Part shown: positions 18,293 through 29,394 of the stretch, one piece after another | Numbering within the stretch: position 1 is the first letter of the stretch | Layout: each line of letters opens with the position of its first letter | Assembly: GCA_037133555.1 (NCBI GenBank) | Contig: JBAXNW010000002.1 | Coordinates: 49,637-113,636 of the forward strand | Reading direction: 5' to 3' | Length of the DNA stretch: 64,000 bases | Origin: Bacteroidota bacterium | Lineage (GTDB): Bacteria; Bacteroidota; Bacteroidia; Bacteroidales; JACABE01 | Notes under the pieces: generated by a model | Told to the model about the DNA's origin: nothing | What the model saw: only the letters and a program-made list of their open reading frames with translations | The model's database searches: none | Translations under genes and position numbers: made by a program

Positions 18293-18395
18293 GTTATTAG
18301 GCTATTGGTAATTTAGTTATTAGGTTATTGAGTTATTAGGTTATTGAGTTATTGAGTTATTGAGTTATTGAGTTATTGAGTTATTAGGTTATTGA
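18293..18395. repeat. 13-unit tandem octamer repeat GTTATTGA/GTTATTAG (TCAATAAC on the coding strand)
   Basis: Read directly. The three promoter-distal units are degenerate and one unit has 7 nt. Five consecutive perfect GTTATTGA units span 18340-18379. The array ends 5 nt from start codon 18287. Confidence 0.95.
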
Positions 18396-18461
18396 GAATA
18401 AAATAATTAAAAAAATTAGGAATATGTAAATATCACAATTTAAAATTTCAAAATTCAAAGT

Positions 18462-21400
18462 TTACTGATCACTGATTTTAGTAGTTATAACAGCCATACG
18501 TTTTTTGCCATCCATTTTCACATCAAGCGGTTCTTTAAATCTTATATGTCTAAAAAAAATGGTCTGATTAATTATCTTCTCATTTTTTAATTTATCCCAG
18601 TTGATATAACTTTCATTCAATTCCTGTTGTACCGAAAAATAGCCAACATTCAATGAAGTAACATTATGAAAGAAATGCGAACCTGAAGAAGCATCCAACG
18701 GAAAATCCTCCAAACTGGTTTCTACAATAACTTTAGCATTGGAAATCTGGGTCCAGTTTACCGGAATTCCAATCCATTTATCCCGGGTCCCCCATCGTCC
18801 GGGGCCAATTAAAATATATTTCCTGTTTTCTTTAATCATTAATAAATTAAGCTTTTCAATTTCTAAAGCCATTTCATCGGTTTTTGATTTATCGAAAATA
18901 CTAATATCTACATAAATTACATCGGTAATGTCATTTATCAGTCCATTTCCCATTCCTTTATCAGAAAACAAAATTACATCGTTTTTGTTAATTTTCGATT
19001 CATCAATAGAATAATCTTCTGCATTTCCTATTAATGGTTTGATTTGCAGAAGATAAAAAGATGCTCTACCCTTTTCATCTTTTTTTAAATCGATTGCAAA
19101 TTCAATTTCAACGGGAGATCCCAAAGCTTCTTTCACTACATCCAATACCAATTCAATTGTTTCTGAAAGCGGTATATAATTATATTTCAATATATTTGCA
19201 AAATTAATAATCCTAGGACCCGGAAAACTCAAACCGGGTACAATTCTATTATTATCAATATCGTAAACAGAAGCACAATGTCTTAAAGTTCCATGTTTTT
19301 CAGCAACATCAATATCTAATTTAATTAAACCAGCCTCCTCACCTTCCAATAAATTTAGAGGATGCTGTTTTAAATCAATGGCATAAAAATTAACTTGCGA
19401 ACCCTTGTATTGATCTTTTGGTGAATTAATTTCAATGCCTGCATATTTAGGAGCAAAACGATAAGCTTTTTCTCCTTCAACAACATAAGTTCCCAAACCA
19501 ACTGCAATTACAGCAAAACCTTCTTCGGGTTTCATATGCGAAAAAGGATAAAAGTTATAGGATTGTGCAACACCACTAAGATGAGGATAATACACTTCAT
19601 CGTATATGTTTCCAACAACTTCTTGTATAACAATAGCCATTTTTTCTTCTTCAATTTTATAATTAATCGCTTCAACATACCCACGTGCAATTTTTGAAAA
19701 AACAGAAGCGTAAACTAATTTAATAGCTTCTACTACCTGAAGCAGTCGTTCTTCCAAGTCAGGATGATTATTAGGAATTAAATAGGTTTCAAAAATTCCA
19801 GCAAAAGGTTGCATCATAGAATCTTCAAACAAACCTGATGAGCGAATTGCCAATGGTTTAACAAGTTTTTTCAATAACAGCCTTAGCTTTCTCAGCAAGC
19901 TATCAGTTAATTTTGATTCAAGAAAGGTTTTACGAATTATTGTATAATCTCTTTCTGAATTTACAAAATCATATAATTTATTTCTTTCAATGAAATAATC
20001 AAATTCATCGGTGCCAATTATGGATGTAATCGGAGTTCTAATATTAATATCAGGAAGCATTTGCGAAAAATCATAATTATAAATTAAAGTATTAATAAAT
20101 GCCAAACCCCTACCCTTTCCTCCCAAAGAGCCGGAAGCCATTGAGACAATATTACTTTCATCAATAACATCTGTTTCTTCAAAACTAATTACTTTCCCTT
20201 TATTTTTCTCATTCCGATGGTTTTGAATTGCATTTAGCAAGTAATTTCTTAATTCCCCTGCATTTTTAAAATCAGTAGTCTTTAATGGGTTAATCCTTTT
20301 CGCGATAGAAATTTCGCCCCTTGCCATCAACCACAATGAAAAATGATTACGCTTTCCATGATAAATTAATGATTCGTCAGGTATTGTTTTTAAATGTTTT
20401 TCAAATTCTTTCAGTGAACTTGCAATTGCAATATCTCTACCCGATGCATCTTTATAAATAAAGTTTCCAAAACCCAAATAATGACTGATGAAACTTTTAA
20501 TATCCTGAGATAAAGTATCTGAATTCTTGTCAATAAAAGTTACTTTTAGTTCGTATGCCAATTTTGCATTTTCCGGATCAGATGATTGAATAATAGTAGG
20601 CAAATCTTTGGCATTGCTTCTAATATATTTTACTAAATCATAGCCTGCATTTTCGTCCAACAAATTGTTTCTGAAGAACTTCATATCCGTAATTAAACAC
20701 AATAAATAATCCCGGTATTTATGAAAAATATCAATGGCTTCTTCATATGATTTTACCAAAAGAATTTTAGGTCTTGCTCTTAATCTTAAAACCTTGTACA
20801 ACTCATCATTGCTCACATCTTCAATTAATTGCTTGGTTTGTTCTAACACACTAGAATATAACATTGGCAGATAACGAGAATAATATTTTGCAGAATCCTC
20901 CACTAATAAAATTACATTTACCAAACCTATTTTTGTATCATTTTCTACATTTACCTTATCCTCAAGATATTTTACCATTGCAAAGAAAACGCGTGAATCT
21001 CCATTCCACACAAATATTTTATCGACAAGTTTAACAACTTCAATGTCTTTTTCGTAAAGAGCTATATCGCTATTATTGTTTAACAACATAAAAATAGGAA
21101 TATAGGGAAAATTGCATTTAATACTTTTACTTATCTCAATAGGTACATTTTTATCAACACCTAGCATTATGATTACGAAATCATAATGCTTTTCATTTAA
21201 CTCAGATAATGCTTCCTCATAAGACGAAACGCCTGTAACCCTGGGTATTGAAGTAAGATTTAGCTGATAATATTCGCCCAAAATATGTTCCGAAAACCTA
21301 CCTTCTTTCTCAATGTTATAAGCATCATATAGATTTGCAATTAAAAGGATTTCATTTACTTTGAATGGCATTAAATCGTGAAAAATATCTCTGTCGTAGT

Positions 21401-22286
21401 TTTGTTTGTTTAAGAATTTATGTAATAATTGTCGGCTCGGAATTTTTTGATTATCATCAATGGTTTCAACATACTCTTTCTCGGAATTTTTTAAAATAGA
21501 TTTTGCTTTTAAACTATTCAGATAATTAACAATTATTGTAGAAAGATTATCAATTAAATGTCGTTCCTCTTTTAAGAAAGGGCCTTCGTCAATGTCATTA
21601 AAACTCTTTAAATAAAATACTTCGATAGATCCTTTCAGTTGATCAATGGTCTCGAAATTTTGCTTTTGCATCCAAGGTGTTTCAACAAAATCAGGTGTTT
21701 TAAACTCATTTTTATTAAAAACAACTCTTGCTACTGTAAATTCTGGATATTGCCATGCTTTAGGCAACAACATACATATTTGTTGCAAGGTTTCTTCAAT
21801 GGATTTTCCTTCTTTTAGAATTTTTGTTGTCTGATTAATTGCAGCTAATTCTTTTAAACGTTCTTTATTCTCAAAGATTAATTTCTCAAGTTTATCTCCT
21901 GTTGATGTTTCTGGAATGGCAGCAGCTTGGTGATAGTTCTTTTCCTCAGTTATCTTCCTTTTATCGCTGAATGCATTAAAGTCAAAGCTTATTCGTTTAA
22001 GTTTATAAAGTGCAGCACCCTCTTTTTCAAGAACAGGAGTAAATACTCCGTTAATAAATAAATCGTTACTGTCTTTTTTAACAAAATGCATTTCAACTTG
22101 CTGCACGCTTCCATTGCGCAATTGCTCCCACATTAATCTGAATTTATCAGATTTATAGACTGAGTTTTCAAGTAAAAAACTTAAATGATTCCCCTTTATT
22201 TCATTTAAACTATAGCCAAGTAAATTACATAGGTCAGCATTCACTTTTTCGATGATGCCATCAAGATTAAATTCGATTAATGCCAT
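18462..22286 (-). CDS. PAS + GAF-like + degenerate receiver + receiver + PPDK_N-type ATP-grasp domain protein (paralogue of 15300-18287)
   Basis: N-terminal PAS core (FNLDGIIEKVNADLCNLLGYSLNEIKGNH). GAF-like block (LPKAWQYPEFTVARVVF...GPFLKEERHLI). Pseudo-REC with Met374, and REC with LLVEDS and D534. GSLGGKGRGLAFI, AIRSSGLFEDS..QPFAGI, GPGRWGTRDKWIGIPVNW and GSHFF. Confidence 0.8.
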   Translation of the reverse strand: MALIEFNLDGIIEKVNADLCNLLGYSLNEIKGNHLSFLLENSVYKSDKFRLMWEQLRNGSVQQVEMHFVKKDSNDLFINGVFTPVLEKEGAALYKLKRISFDFNAFSDKRKITEEKNYHQAAAIPETSTGDKLEKLIFENKERLKELAAINQTTKILKEGKSIEETLQQICMLLPKAWQYPEFTVARVVFNKNEFKTPDFVETPWMQKQNFETIDQLKGSIEVFYLKSFNDIDEGPFLKEERHLIDNLSTIIVNYLNSLKAKSILKNSEKEYVETIDDNQKIPSRQLLHKFLNKQNYDRDIFHDLMPFKVNEILLIANLYDAYNIEKEGRFSEHILGEYYQLNLTSIPRVTGVSSYEEALSELNEKHYDFVIIMLGVDKNVPIEISKSIKCNFPYIPIFMLLNNNSDIALYEKDIEVVKLVDKIFVWNGDSRVFFAMVKYLEDKVNVENDTKIGLVNVILLVEDSAKYYSRYLPMLYSSVLEQTKQLIEDVSNDELYKVLRLRARPKILLVKSYEEAIDIFHKYRDYLLCLITDMKFFRNNLLDENAGYDLVKYIRSNAKDLPTIIQSSDPENAKLAYELKVTFIDKNSDTLSQDIKSFISHYLGFGNFIYKDASGRDIAIASSLKEFEKHLKTIPDESLIYHGKRNHFSLWLMARGEISIAKRINPLKTTDFKNAGELRNYLLNAIQNHRNEKNKGKVISFEETDVIDESNIVSMASGSLGGKGRGLAFINTLIYNYDFSQMLPDINIRTPITSIIGTDEFDYFIERNKLYDFVNSERDYTIIRKTFLESKLTDSLLRKLRLLLKKLVKPLAIRSSGLFEDSMMQPFAGIFETYLIPNNHPDLEERLLQVVEAIKLVYASVFSKIARGYVEAINYKIEEEKMAIVIQEVVGNIYDEVYYPHLSGVAQSYNFYPFSHMKPEEGFAVIAVGLGTYVVEGEKAYRFAPKYAGIEINSPKDQYKGSQVNFYAIDLKQHPLNLLEGEEAGLIKLDIDVAEKHGTLRHCASVYDIDNNRIVPGLSFPGPRIINFANILKYNYIPLSETIELVLDVVKEALGSPVEIEFAIDLKKDEKGRASFYLLQIKPLIGNAEDYSIDESKINKNDVILFSDKGMGNGLINDITDVIYVDISIFDKSKTDEMALEIEKLNLLMIKENRKYILIGPGRWGTRDKWIGIPVNWTQISNAKVIVETSLEDFPLDASSGSHFFHNVTSLNVGYFSVQQELNESYINWDKLKNEKIINQTIFFRHIRFKEPLDVKMDGKKRMAVITTKISDQ

Positions 22287-22353
22287 AATGAGTATTTTGG
22301 TTTAAAATTAAAACAAAACCAGCTTAATTATTGAGTTTTTTTATATTATATTT

Positions 22354-22361
22354 CAAAATTA
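22354..22361 (-). promoter_or_regulatory. candidate -7 box TAATTTTG for the 1274-aa gene
   Basis: CAAAATTA on the plus strand, 68 nt upstream of ATG 22286. Overlaps the left arm of the 23-bp palindrome. Confidence 0.4.
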
Positions 22362-22378
22362 AGTAAATTACTTAATTT
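22356..22378. promoter_or_regulatory. perfect 23-bp palindrome AAATTAAGTAA-A-TTACTTAATTT (core TTAAGTA-N3-TACTTAA)
   Basis: Base-by-base check gives 11+1+11 perfect dyad symmetry, in the divergent region between the 1274-aa gene and GDH-2. Confidence 0.6.
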
Positions 22379-22388
22379 GATATTTATT

Positions 22389-22407
22389 TTTAAGTATTAT
22401 ACTTAAA
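22389..22407. promoter_or_regulatory. perfect 19-bp palindrome TTTAAGTAT-T-ATACTTAAA (core TTAAGTA-N3-TACTTAA)
   Basis: 9+1+9 perfect dyad. Its centre is 31 bp from the centre of the first palindrome, about three helical turns. Confidence 0.6.
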
Positions 22408-22429
22408 TAAATTTACGATAAACACGTAA

Positions 22430-23875
<1,446 letters not shown>

Positions 23876-23908
23876 TTCGTTTTTTTAATTAATTCAACTC
23901 AATTTTAT

Positions 23909-23947
23909 AAAGAGGCATGACCATTCGGTTTTGCCTCTTTATATTTT
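23909..23947 (+). terminator. intrinsic terminator after GDH-2
   Basis: AAAGAGGCA-14 nt loop-TGCCTCTTT followed by ATATTTT. Confidence 0.6.
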
Positions 23948-24039
23948 AAATAAGATATATTTAAATCAGATTTAGAAAAACAAAAAAATTAAGTTAATGC
24001 TTATATAATATTCTTATTTTTACAGAATATTTTAAAGCA

Positions 24040-24867
24040 ATGATTGATTTTCCTAATTGTAAAATAAATTTAGGTTTATATATTGAAAATAAGCGACCTG
24101 ATGGTTTTCATAACATAAAAACAATATTTTATCCTATTGACTTATCCGATGTATTAGAAATTATTGAATCTGATTCTACTGAGTTCTCAATTACAATGAG
24201 TGGGATACCATTAAATACTTCAAACCAATCAAATTTATGTGTTAAAGCTTATGAATTGCTGAAAAATGATTTCAATTTGCCAGCCGTTAAAATGCACTTA
24301 CACAAAAATATACCTCATGGAGCAGGACTTGGTGGTGGTTCTTCTGATGCAGCATTTACTATTAAATTATTAAACAAAACATTCAATCTAAGTTTATCCA
24401 TTTCTCAAATGCATGAATATGCAGCTAAATTAGGTAGCGATTGTCCTTTTTTTATAGAAAACAGAACAGTAATAGCCAATGAGAAAGGGGATATTTTTAA
24501 TCCTATTCAAATTTCATTAGAAAGCTATTATATTCTTATAGTTAAACCTGATGTGTATGTTAGTACACCTGAAGCATACCAATGGATTAAGCCCAGAAAT
24601 GCTCAGGTTGATATTGAAACTATTATAAAAAACCCAATTGAAACATGGAAAGACCTGCTTTTTAACGATTTTGAAAAGAGTGTTTTTAGCAAATATCCAA
24701 TTATCGCTTCAATCAAAGATATTTTTTATAAAAATGGAGCTATTTATGCAGCAATGAGTGGTAGCGGTGCTGCAGTTTTTGGTATATTTTACGACACTCC
24801 TCCCACCCTGCCCTTACCTGATCATTGTTTCGCTTGGGGATATAAAGTTGGAAAAGACAGCATTTAA
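24040..24867 (+). CDS. ispE: 4-(cytidine 5'-diphospho)-2-C-methyl-D-erythritol kinase
   Basis: GHMP kinase motif IPHGAGLGGGSSDAA and the N-terminal CKINLGL pattern. Confidence 0.9.
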   Translation: MIDFPNCKINLGLYIENKRPDGFHNIKTIFYPIDLSDVLEIIESDSTEFSITMSGIPLNTSNQSNLCVKAYELLKNDFNLPAVKMHLHKNIPHGAGLGGGSSDAAFTIKLLNKTFNLSLSISQMHEYAAKLGSDCPFFIENRTVIANEKGDIFNPIQISLESYYILIVKPDVYVSTPEAYQWIKPRNAQVDIETIIKNPIETWKDLLFNDFEKSVFSKYPIIASIKDIFYKNGAIYAAMSGSGAAVFGIFYDTPPTLPLPDHCFAWGYKVGKDSI

Positions 24868-24901
24868 TCAGTTTTATCGCTTTGATGATATTTTCTCATT
24901 T

Positions 24902-26872
24902 TTATTTAAATGCAACTTCAGCGGGAGATGCACTTATAAAATCAAATAATTTAAGAATATCTTGCCCTGATATACTGAATACAAAATCAGATTTACCATT
25001 TGGAAGCATAGGATAATAGGCAAAATTTAACTGAAATGTTTGAAAAACCAGGTTGTCATTCCTAATTCTCAAACCTGCTCCTACACCCAAAAAATATTTT
25101 TCATTGAGTATAAAGTGTTGGCTTAAACCTAAAACACCTACATCCCAAAACCCATACAATGCTACTTTAAAACCATAAAAATTTATAGGTGTAAAAGCCA
25201 CTGTTTCAATCTTAAGTGATAATTTCTGAGTCCCTATCATCAACGGGCTTTGCATTATTCTTTCAGTTTCATCTAAAGAAATAAATTCACCGTCGAAGCG
25301 ATTGATACCAATTACATAGTTTAGATTAAAGAAATTACGAAATTTGTATTTATTGTGATAGTATAAATTACTAAAAGAATTTACCGAAAGCCTGAGTACG
25401 CTTTGTTCTAATTTTAATCCATTTTTATACCCGCCAAAACCAATCTGGGTATACAAATAACCAAATTTGTCAATTATAGTAGCAGTTGAGAACTGCCATC
25501 CATAATAAAACCGATTGCGAAATTCTCTATTTTCGGGACCTGTAGTAAACTCAAGCAAATAACCGTAAGGTATATCTTCTGTAATTCCAAAAGCATAAAT
25601 TAAATTCCCTTTGTAGTAATTGCGCTTTGATAAAGCGATTTTTGTAAGGTACAAATCTGATTGATGATAAATTTTATTCACGCCCGGTCCAACTTCAGGT
25701 CTAATTATAAAATGAGTCCTATAATAACGAGCCGAAAAAATAAGTCTTAAAGCATTTAGCTTGTTTCCTTCTTTACTCAACGAAATTGACCTTCCTAACC
25801 AGACATCAGTTTTCGTAAAGCTTAAGGCTTGGTTGAATAAGTTTTGTTCTGAAGTAATTATTTTAACTTTTTCGTTGTTTCTAGACCATGAGAGTCCACC
25901 TGCATATTTTGATTTAGTTGTCAGGAAACTTCGTTCAATATAAATCCCAAATTTTTCGGTATCGTACATCGATTGATAAAAAACACCAGAATTAATAAAA
26001 CTTTGTTTTATATTATTTAATTTATATTCTCCTTTATAACCATAATGTTGCGAAGAATCTTTATCGTAAAACAGTTTATTGTTTAATTCATTCCCAAAAC
26101 CAATAAAGTTCAAATCGTACAATTCCATACTACCAGCTCTGCTTCCTAAATCAGGTTTTATTCCTATTGAAAACAAATCGCGTGTAACTATTAATAGATC
26201 AACCGAATCTGATTTAACTTTAGTTGCAAATATCTTAGCTTCATAAATAAAAGGGAGGTTTCGTAAAATACGTTCATTTTCAGCCAGCAGGTAAGAATTT
26301 AGTTTTTCCCCTTTCTTTATCAATAAATTACCTTTGATTACTTTTTCAAATGTAACAATGTGAATATCATTCGCTGCTTTGGCCAACCAGGATTCTGATT
26401 GCATAGAAGTATCCACAACGGAAGTGCCGAATGCTTCCAGTCTTTTAATCGTAATATTTCTTATTTTTCTTCCATTGTATGGTTTGTATTCATCTTCACT
26501 TAAAGAAGTTTTATCTTTATTAAATAATGTATCTTTTCTATCATGGGTAATCAATAAATCATAAAGTTCTTTTGTAATAGGGTTTCTAGCTGATTTAGTT
26601 TTTAAAGAATCGTAAAAGAGATTTGTTTCAACACTGGGATCATTTTTTATTTCATATTGAATATTTTTAGGCAAAACAACAATCGTATCTTTATAAGCTG
26701 TAATTGATTTATTTCCAATCACTATCACACTACCCTTGTACAATGCAATGCTATCTGATTTGTTTCTCACTGCATTTTGTTGAGCTTTTAATGAATTTGA
26801 TTTCATTAAAAAACTAAAACATATTATAAGTACAATTAATATTTTATTCAACAATTTCGATTTTAAAATCAT
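24902..26872 (-). CDS. outer-membrane protein of unknown function (possibly Omp85-like barrel)
   Basis: Signal peptide (KILIVLIICFSFLMKSNSLKAQQ). The long C-terminal region is rich in aromatic/Gly beta-strand patterns. Family assignment uncertain; the ORF could start at 26899. Confidence 0.4.
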   Translation of the reverse strand: MILKSKLLNKILIVLIICFSFLMKSNSLKAQQNAVRNKSDSIALYKGSVIVIGNKSITAYKDTIVVLPKNIQYEIKNDPSVETNLFYDSLKTKSARNPITKELYDLLITHDRKDTLFNKDKTSLSEDEYKPYNGRKIRNITIKRLEAFGTSVVDTSMQSESWLAKAANDIHIVTFEKVIKGNLLIKKGEKLNSYLLAENERILRNLPFIYEAKIFATKVKSDSVDLLIVTRDLFSIGIKPDLGSRAGSMELYDLNFIGFGNELNNKLFYDKDSSQHYGYKGEYKLNNIKQSFINSGVFYQSMYDTEKFGIYIERSFLTTKSKYAGGLSWSRNNEKVKIITSEQNLFNQALSFTKTDVWLGRSISLSKEGNKLNALRLIFSARYYRTHFIIRPEVGPGVNKIYHQSDLYLTKIALSKRNYYKGNLIYAFGITEDIPYGYLLEFTTGPENREFRNRFYYGWQFSTATIIDKFGYLYTQIGFGGYKNGLKLEQSVLRLSVNSFSNLYYHNKYKFRNFFNLNYVIGINRFDGEFISLDETERIMQSPLMIGTQKLSLKIETVAFTPINFYGFKVALYGFWDVGVLGLSQHFILNEKYFLGVGAGLRIRNDNLVFQTFQLNFAYYPMLPNGKSDFVFSISGQDILKLFDFISASPAEVAFK

Positions 26873-26936
26873 TTGAGCAAATATAAAAATAGATATCAAT
26901 TAACTTTTCATCCTTCGATTGAGAATCTATTGAGAT

Positions 26937-27608
26937 TTATTGGTAATTTCTATCGCCGAAAATAGAACTGCCTATTCGTAACATCGTACTACCTTCTGCT
27001 ATTGCTATTTGATAATCACCGGACATACCCATTGAAATTTCTTTAAAATAATCCTTATCATAAAAGCAATTGTTTTTTAGTTTTTGAAAATACGAAAACA
27101 ACTGTGCAAACTCCTGGTGAATAAGCAAGTTGTTGCTGGTATAGGTAGCCATACCCATAACACCAATAATTCTTACATTCTGCATTTCAGCAAATTCTTT
27201 AGAATTGAGAAAATCTAATGATTCATTTAAGTCAAATCCAAACTTGCTTTCTTCAGTTGCTATATAAAACTGAAGAAGACAATCAATGATTCTATTATTT
27301 TTCTTGGCTTCTTTGTTGATAACAGCTAATAATTTTGCACTGTCGACACTATGAATAAGATGAATAAATGGGGCAATAAATTTCACTTTATTGGTCTGTA
27401 AATGACCAATAAAATGCCAATAAATATCTTTTGGTAAAAGCTGGTGTTTCTCAGCTAATTCGCTCGCTTTATTTTCTCCAAAAATTCGTTGGCCAACATG
27501 ATATGCTTCTAAAATATCTTGAATTGGTCTTGTTTTAGAAACTGCAACTAAAACAACATTTTCAGGAATAGTATTAATAAATTCTTTGAGATTTTGTTTT
27601 ATGCTCAT
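26937..27608 (-). CDS. yggS: YggS-family pyridoxal-phosphate homeostasis protein
   Basis: VAVSKTRP (PLP Lys), HFIGHLQTNKVK, SMGMSGDY and LRIGSSIFG. Confidence 0.9.
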   Translation of the reverse strand: MSIKQNLKEFINTIPENVVLVAVSKTRPIQDILEAYHVGQRIFGENKASELAEKHQLLPKDIYWHFIGHLQTNKVKFIAPFIHLIHSVDSAKLLAVINKEAKKNNRIIDCLLQFYIATEESKFGFDLNESLDFLNSKEFAEMQNVRIIGVMGMATYTSNNLLIHQEFAQLFSYFQKLKNNCFYDKDYFKEISMGMSGDYQIAIAEGSTMLRIGSSIFGDRNYQ

Positions 27609-27663
27609 TTTTTACTTTTTTTTCAATTTGTATCTATTTAACAAAAGAGATATCTCTGCTAGT

Positions 27664-29289
27664 TTATATTTTTTTTACTCTTTTTAATGTTAACAAGTTC
27701 ATTGGGTTAGAACCCAAGCCTTGAATATTATTTTGCACAAAGCGCAATACCTGATCGTAATACAAAACAACAACAGCTGCTTCATTCATAATTATCTGAT
27801 CCATCTGATTATAGTAATTATAACGTAAAGAATCATTAATTTCATTTTGAGCTTTTTTATAAAGTAAATCAAAATGAGGATTGCTGAAATGGGTATAGTT
27901 TGGTCCCATTGGACAGAAATTACCTGAATAAAACAATGACAAATAGTTTTCAGCATCAGGATAATCAGCTATCCACGATCCCCTAAAAAAAGAGACCTTT
28001 GATTTAGCAATCATTTCACGAAGTGTAGCAGGTGGATTGACATCTATCTTTATCTTTAAACCTATTTCAATTAATTGATTTTGAATATATTTACACAAGT
28101 CTAAATAAGAAGCAGTTGTTGACAAAGTAATTTCACCCAGTTTTTCACCATTAGGGAAGCCTGCATCAGCTAATAATTTTCTGGATTTATCCGGTTGATA
28201 ATCGTAGCCTTTAATTTTCGAGGTATCAAAACCTGGCAAACCTTTGGGAATAAAACCATACAATGCAGGAGTCCCAATATTGTTTCTTAAATAGCGCATC
28301 ATTTTCACCCTATCGAAACCGTAATTAATAGCTTGTCTCACTGCTAAATATTTAAGTGGATTGTTTTTAATATCGTTTGGACTATCCATCAAAAATGCAA
28401 GGTATTCGGTATTCAGATAAGGTTGTGAAATCAGTTGAAATTTATTTTCATATTTAGGGTTTAACTTTCCATTTACAGTAAGTAATTCATCTTTGTAACT
28501 GACATCAATACCACTCATAAAATCAATATTTCCTTTTATAAATTCCAGGAATACAGATTGTTTATCAATAATAAAAGTGATAGCAATGGCATCTAAATAG
28601 GGTAATCTATTTAGTTTATCATATTCAAAATAATTCTCATTTTTCACTAAGACCAATTTCACGCCTTCTTTCCAGCGTTTTAACTGAAAAGGACCAGTTC
28701 CGACTGGATTTTTACGAAAGTCTTTCCCGTAAAATTCTATGGCTTCTTTTGGAACAACAGAACAATACTGCATACTTAGCAAACCTAAAAAAGGTGGAAA
28801 TGATTGATTTAAAACAATTTCTAAAACAGAGTCATTTAGGGCCGTGAATGCAAATTTTCCATCTAGTTTTTTAACGTAATTAAAAATCCAGGCACCAGGT
28901 GAGGCTATTTTTTCATCAACAATCCTATTGAAACTATAAACAAAGTCGGAAGCTTTCACATTTCGAGCCTTATCTTTTAAAGCTATATTTTTATGAAAAA
29001 ACACATCTTTTTTAAGGGTAAAAGTATATGTTTTACCATCTTCAGAAATCACCCATTTAGAGGCTATACATGGCTGTATTTTGAGTTGCTCATCCAATTG
29101 CACCAAACCATTATATAATTGGTTACAGGCCCATATATTCGACTGGTCTTTTGTAAAAGCAGGATCAAGAGAAGTAATACCTGCTGATTCGTTGTATCTG
29201 AATACAAATTTACCTTCGTTTTTATAATCAGTCCTAAAACAGGAAGAAAACAATAGAGAACACAGAATAATTAAGTAATATCTTTGCAT
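27664..29289 (-). CDS. ABC transporter substrate-binding protein, family 5 (peptide/nickel type)
   Basis: Lipoprotein-like signal (LLFSSC). The 541-aa length and sequence pattern are typical of OppA/DppA-like SBPs. Confidence 0.75.
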   Translation of the reverse strand: MQRYYLIILCSLLFSSCFRTDYKNEGKFVFRYNESAGITSLDPAFTKDQSNIWACNQLYNGLVQLDEQLKIQPCIASKWVISEDGKTYTFTLKKDVFFHKNIALKDKARNVKASDFVYSFNRIVDEKIASPGAWIFNYVKKLDGKFAFTALNDSVLEIVLNQSFPPFLGLLSMQYCSVVPKEAIEFYGKDFRKNPVGTGPFQLKRWKEGVKLVLVKNENYFEYDKLNRLPYLDAIAITFIIDKQSVFLEFIKGNIDFMSGIDVSYKDELLTVNGKLNPKYENKFQLISQPYLNTEYLAFLMDSPNDIKNNPLKYLAVRQAINYGFDRVKMMRYLRNNIGTPALYGFIPKGLPGFDTSKIKGYDYQPDKSRKLLADAGFPNGEKLGEITLSTTASYLDLCKYIQNQLIEIGLKIKIDVNPPATLREMIAKSKVSFFRGSWIADYPDAENYLSLFYSGNFCPMGPNYTHFSNPHFDLLYKKAQNEINDSLRYNYYNQMDQIIMNEAAVVVLYYDQVLRFVQNNIQGLGSNPMNLLTLKRVKKI

Positions 29290-29337
29290 AGGTTTATAAT
29301 AGAATTCAAAATTACGTAATTTTAATTTTAATTTGAA

Positions 29338-29375
29338 TAAAAAAAGCTGTCTTAATGAATAAAACAGCTTTTTTA
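29338..29375 (-). terminator. intrinsic terminator after the carbamoyltransferase gene
   Basis: AAAAAAA-AGCTGT-13 nt-ACAGCT-TTTTTT: a hairpin with runs on both sides. Confidence 0.55.
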
Positions 29376-29394
29376 TTATTTTTAAATCTATCGT

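Noticed and set aside
18293-18395. Octamer array considered as a CRISPR or coding repeat
   Set aside because: The units are contiguous 8-mers with no spacers. Every frame on both strands hits stop codons within a few units. It is a microsatellite, not a CRISPR array or a protein repeat.
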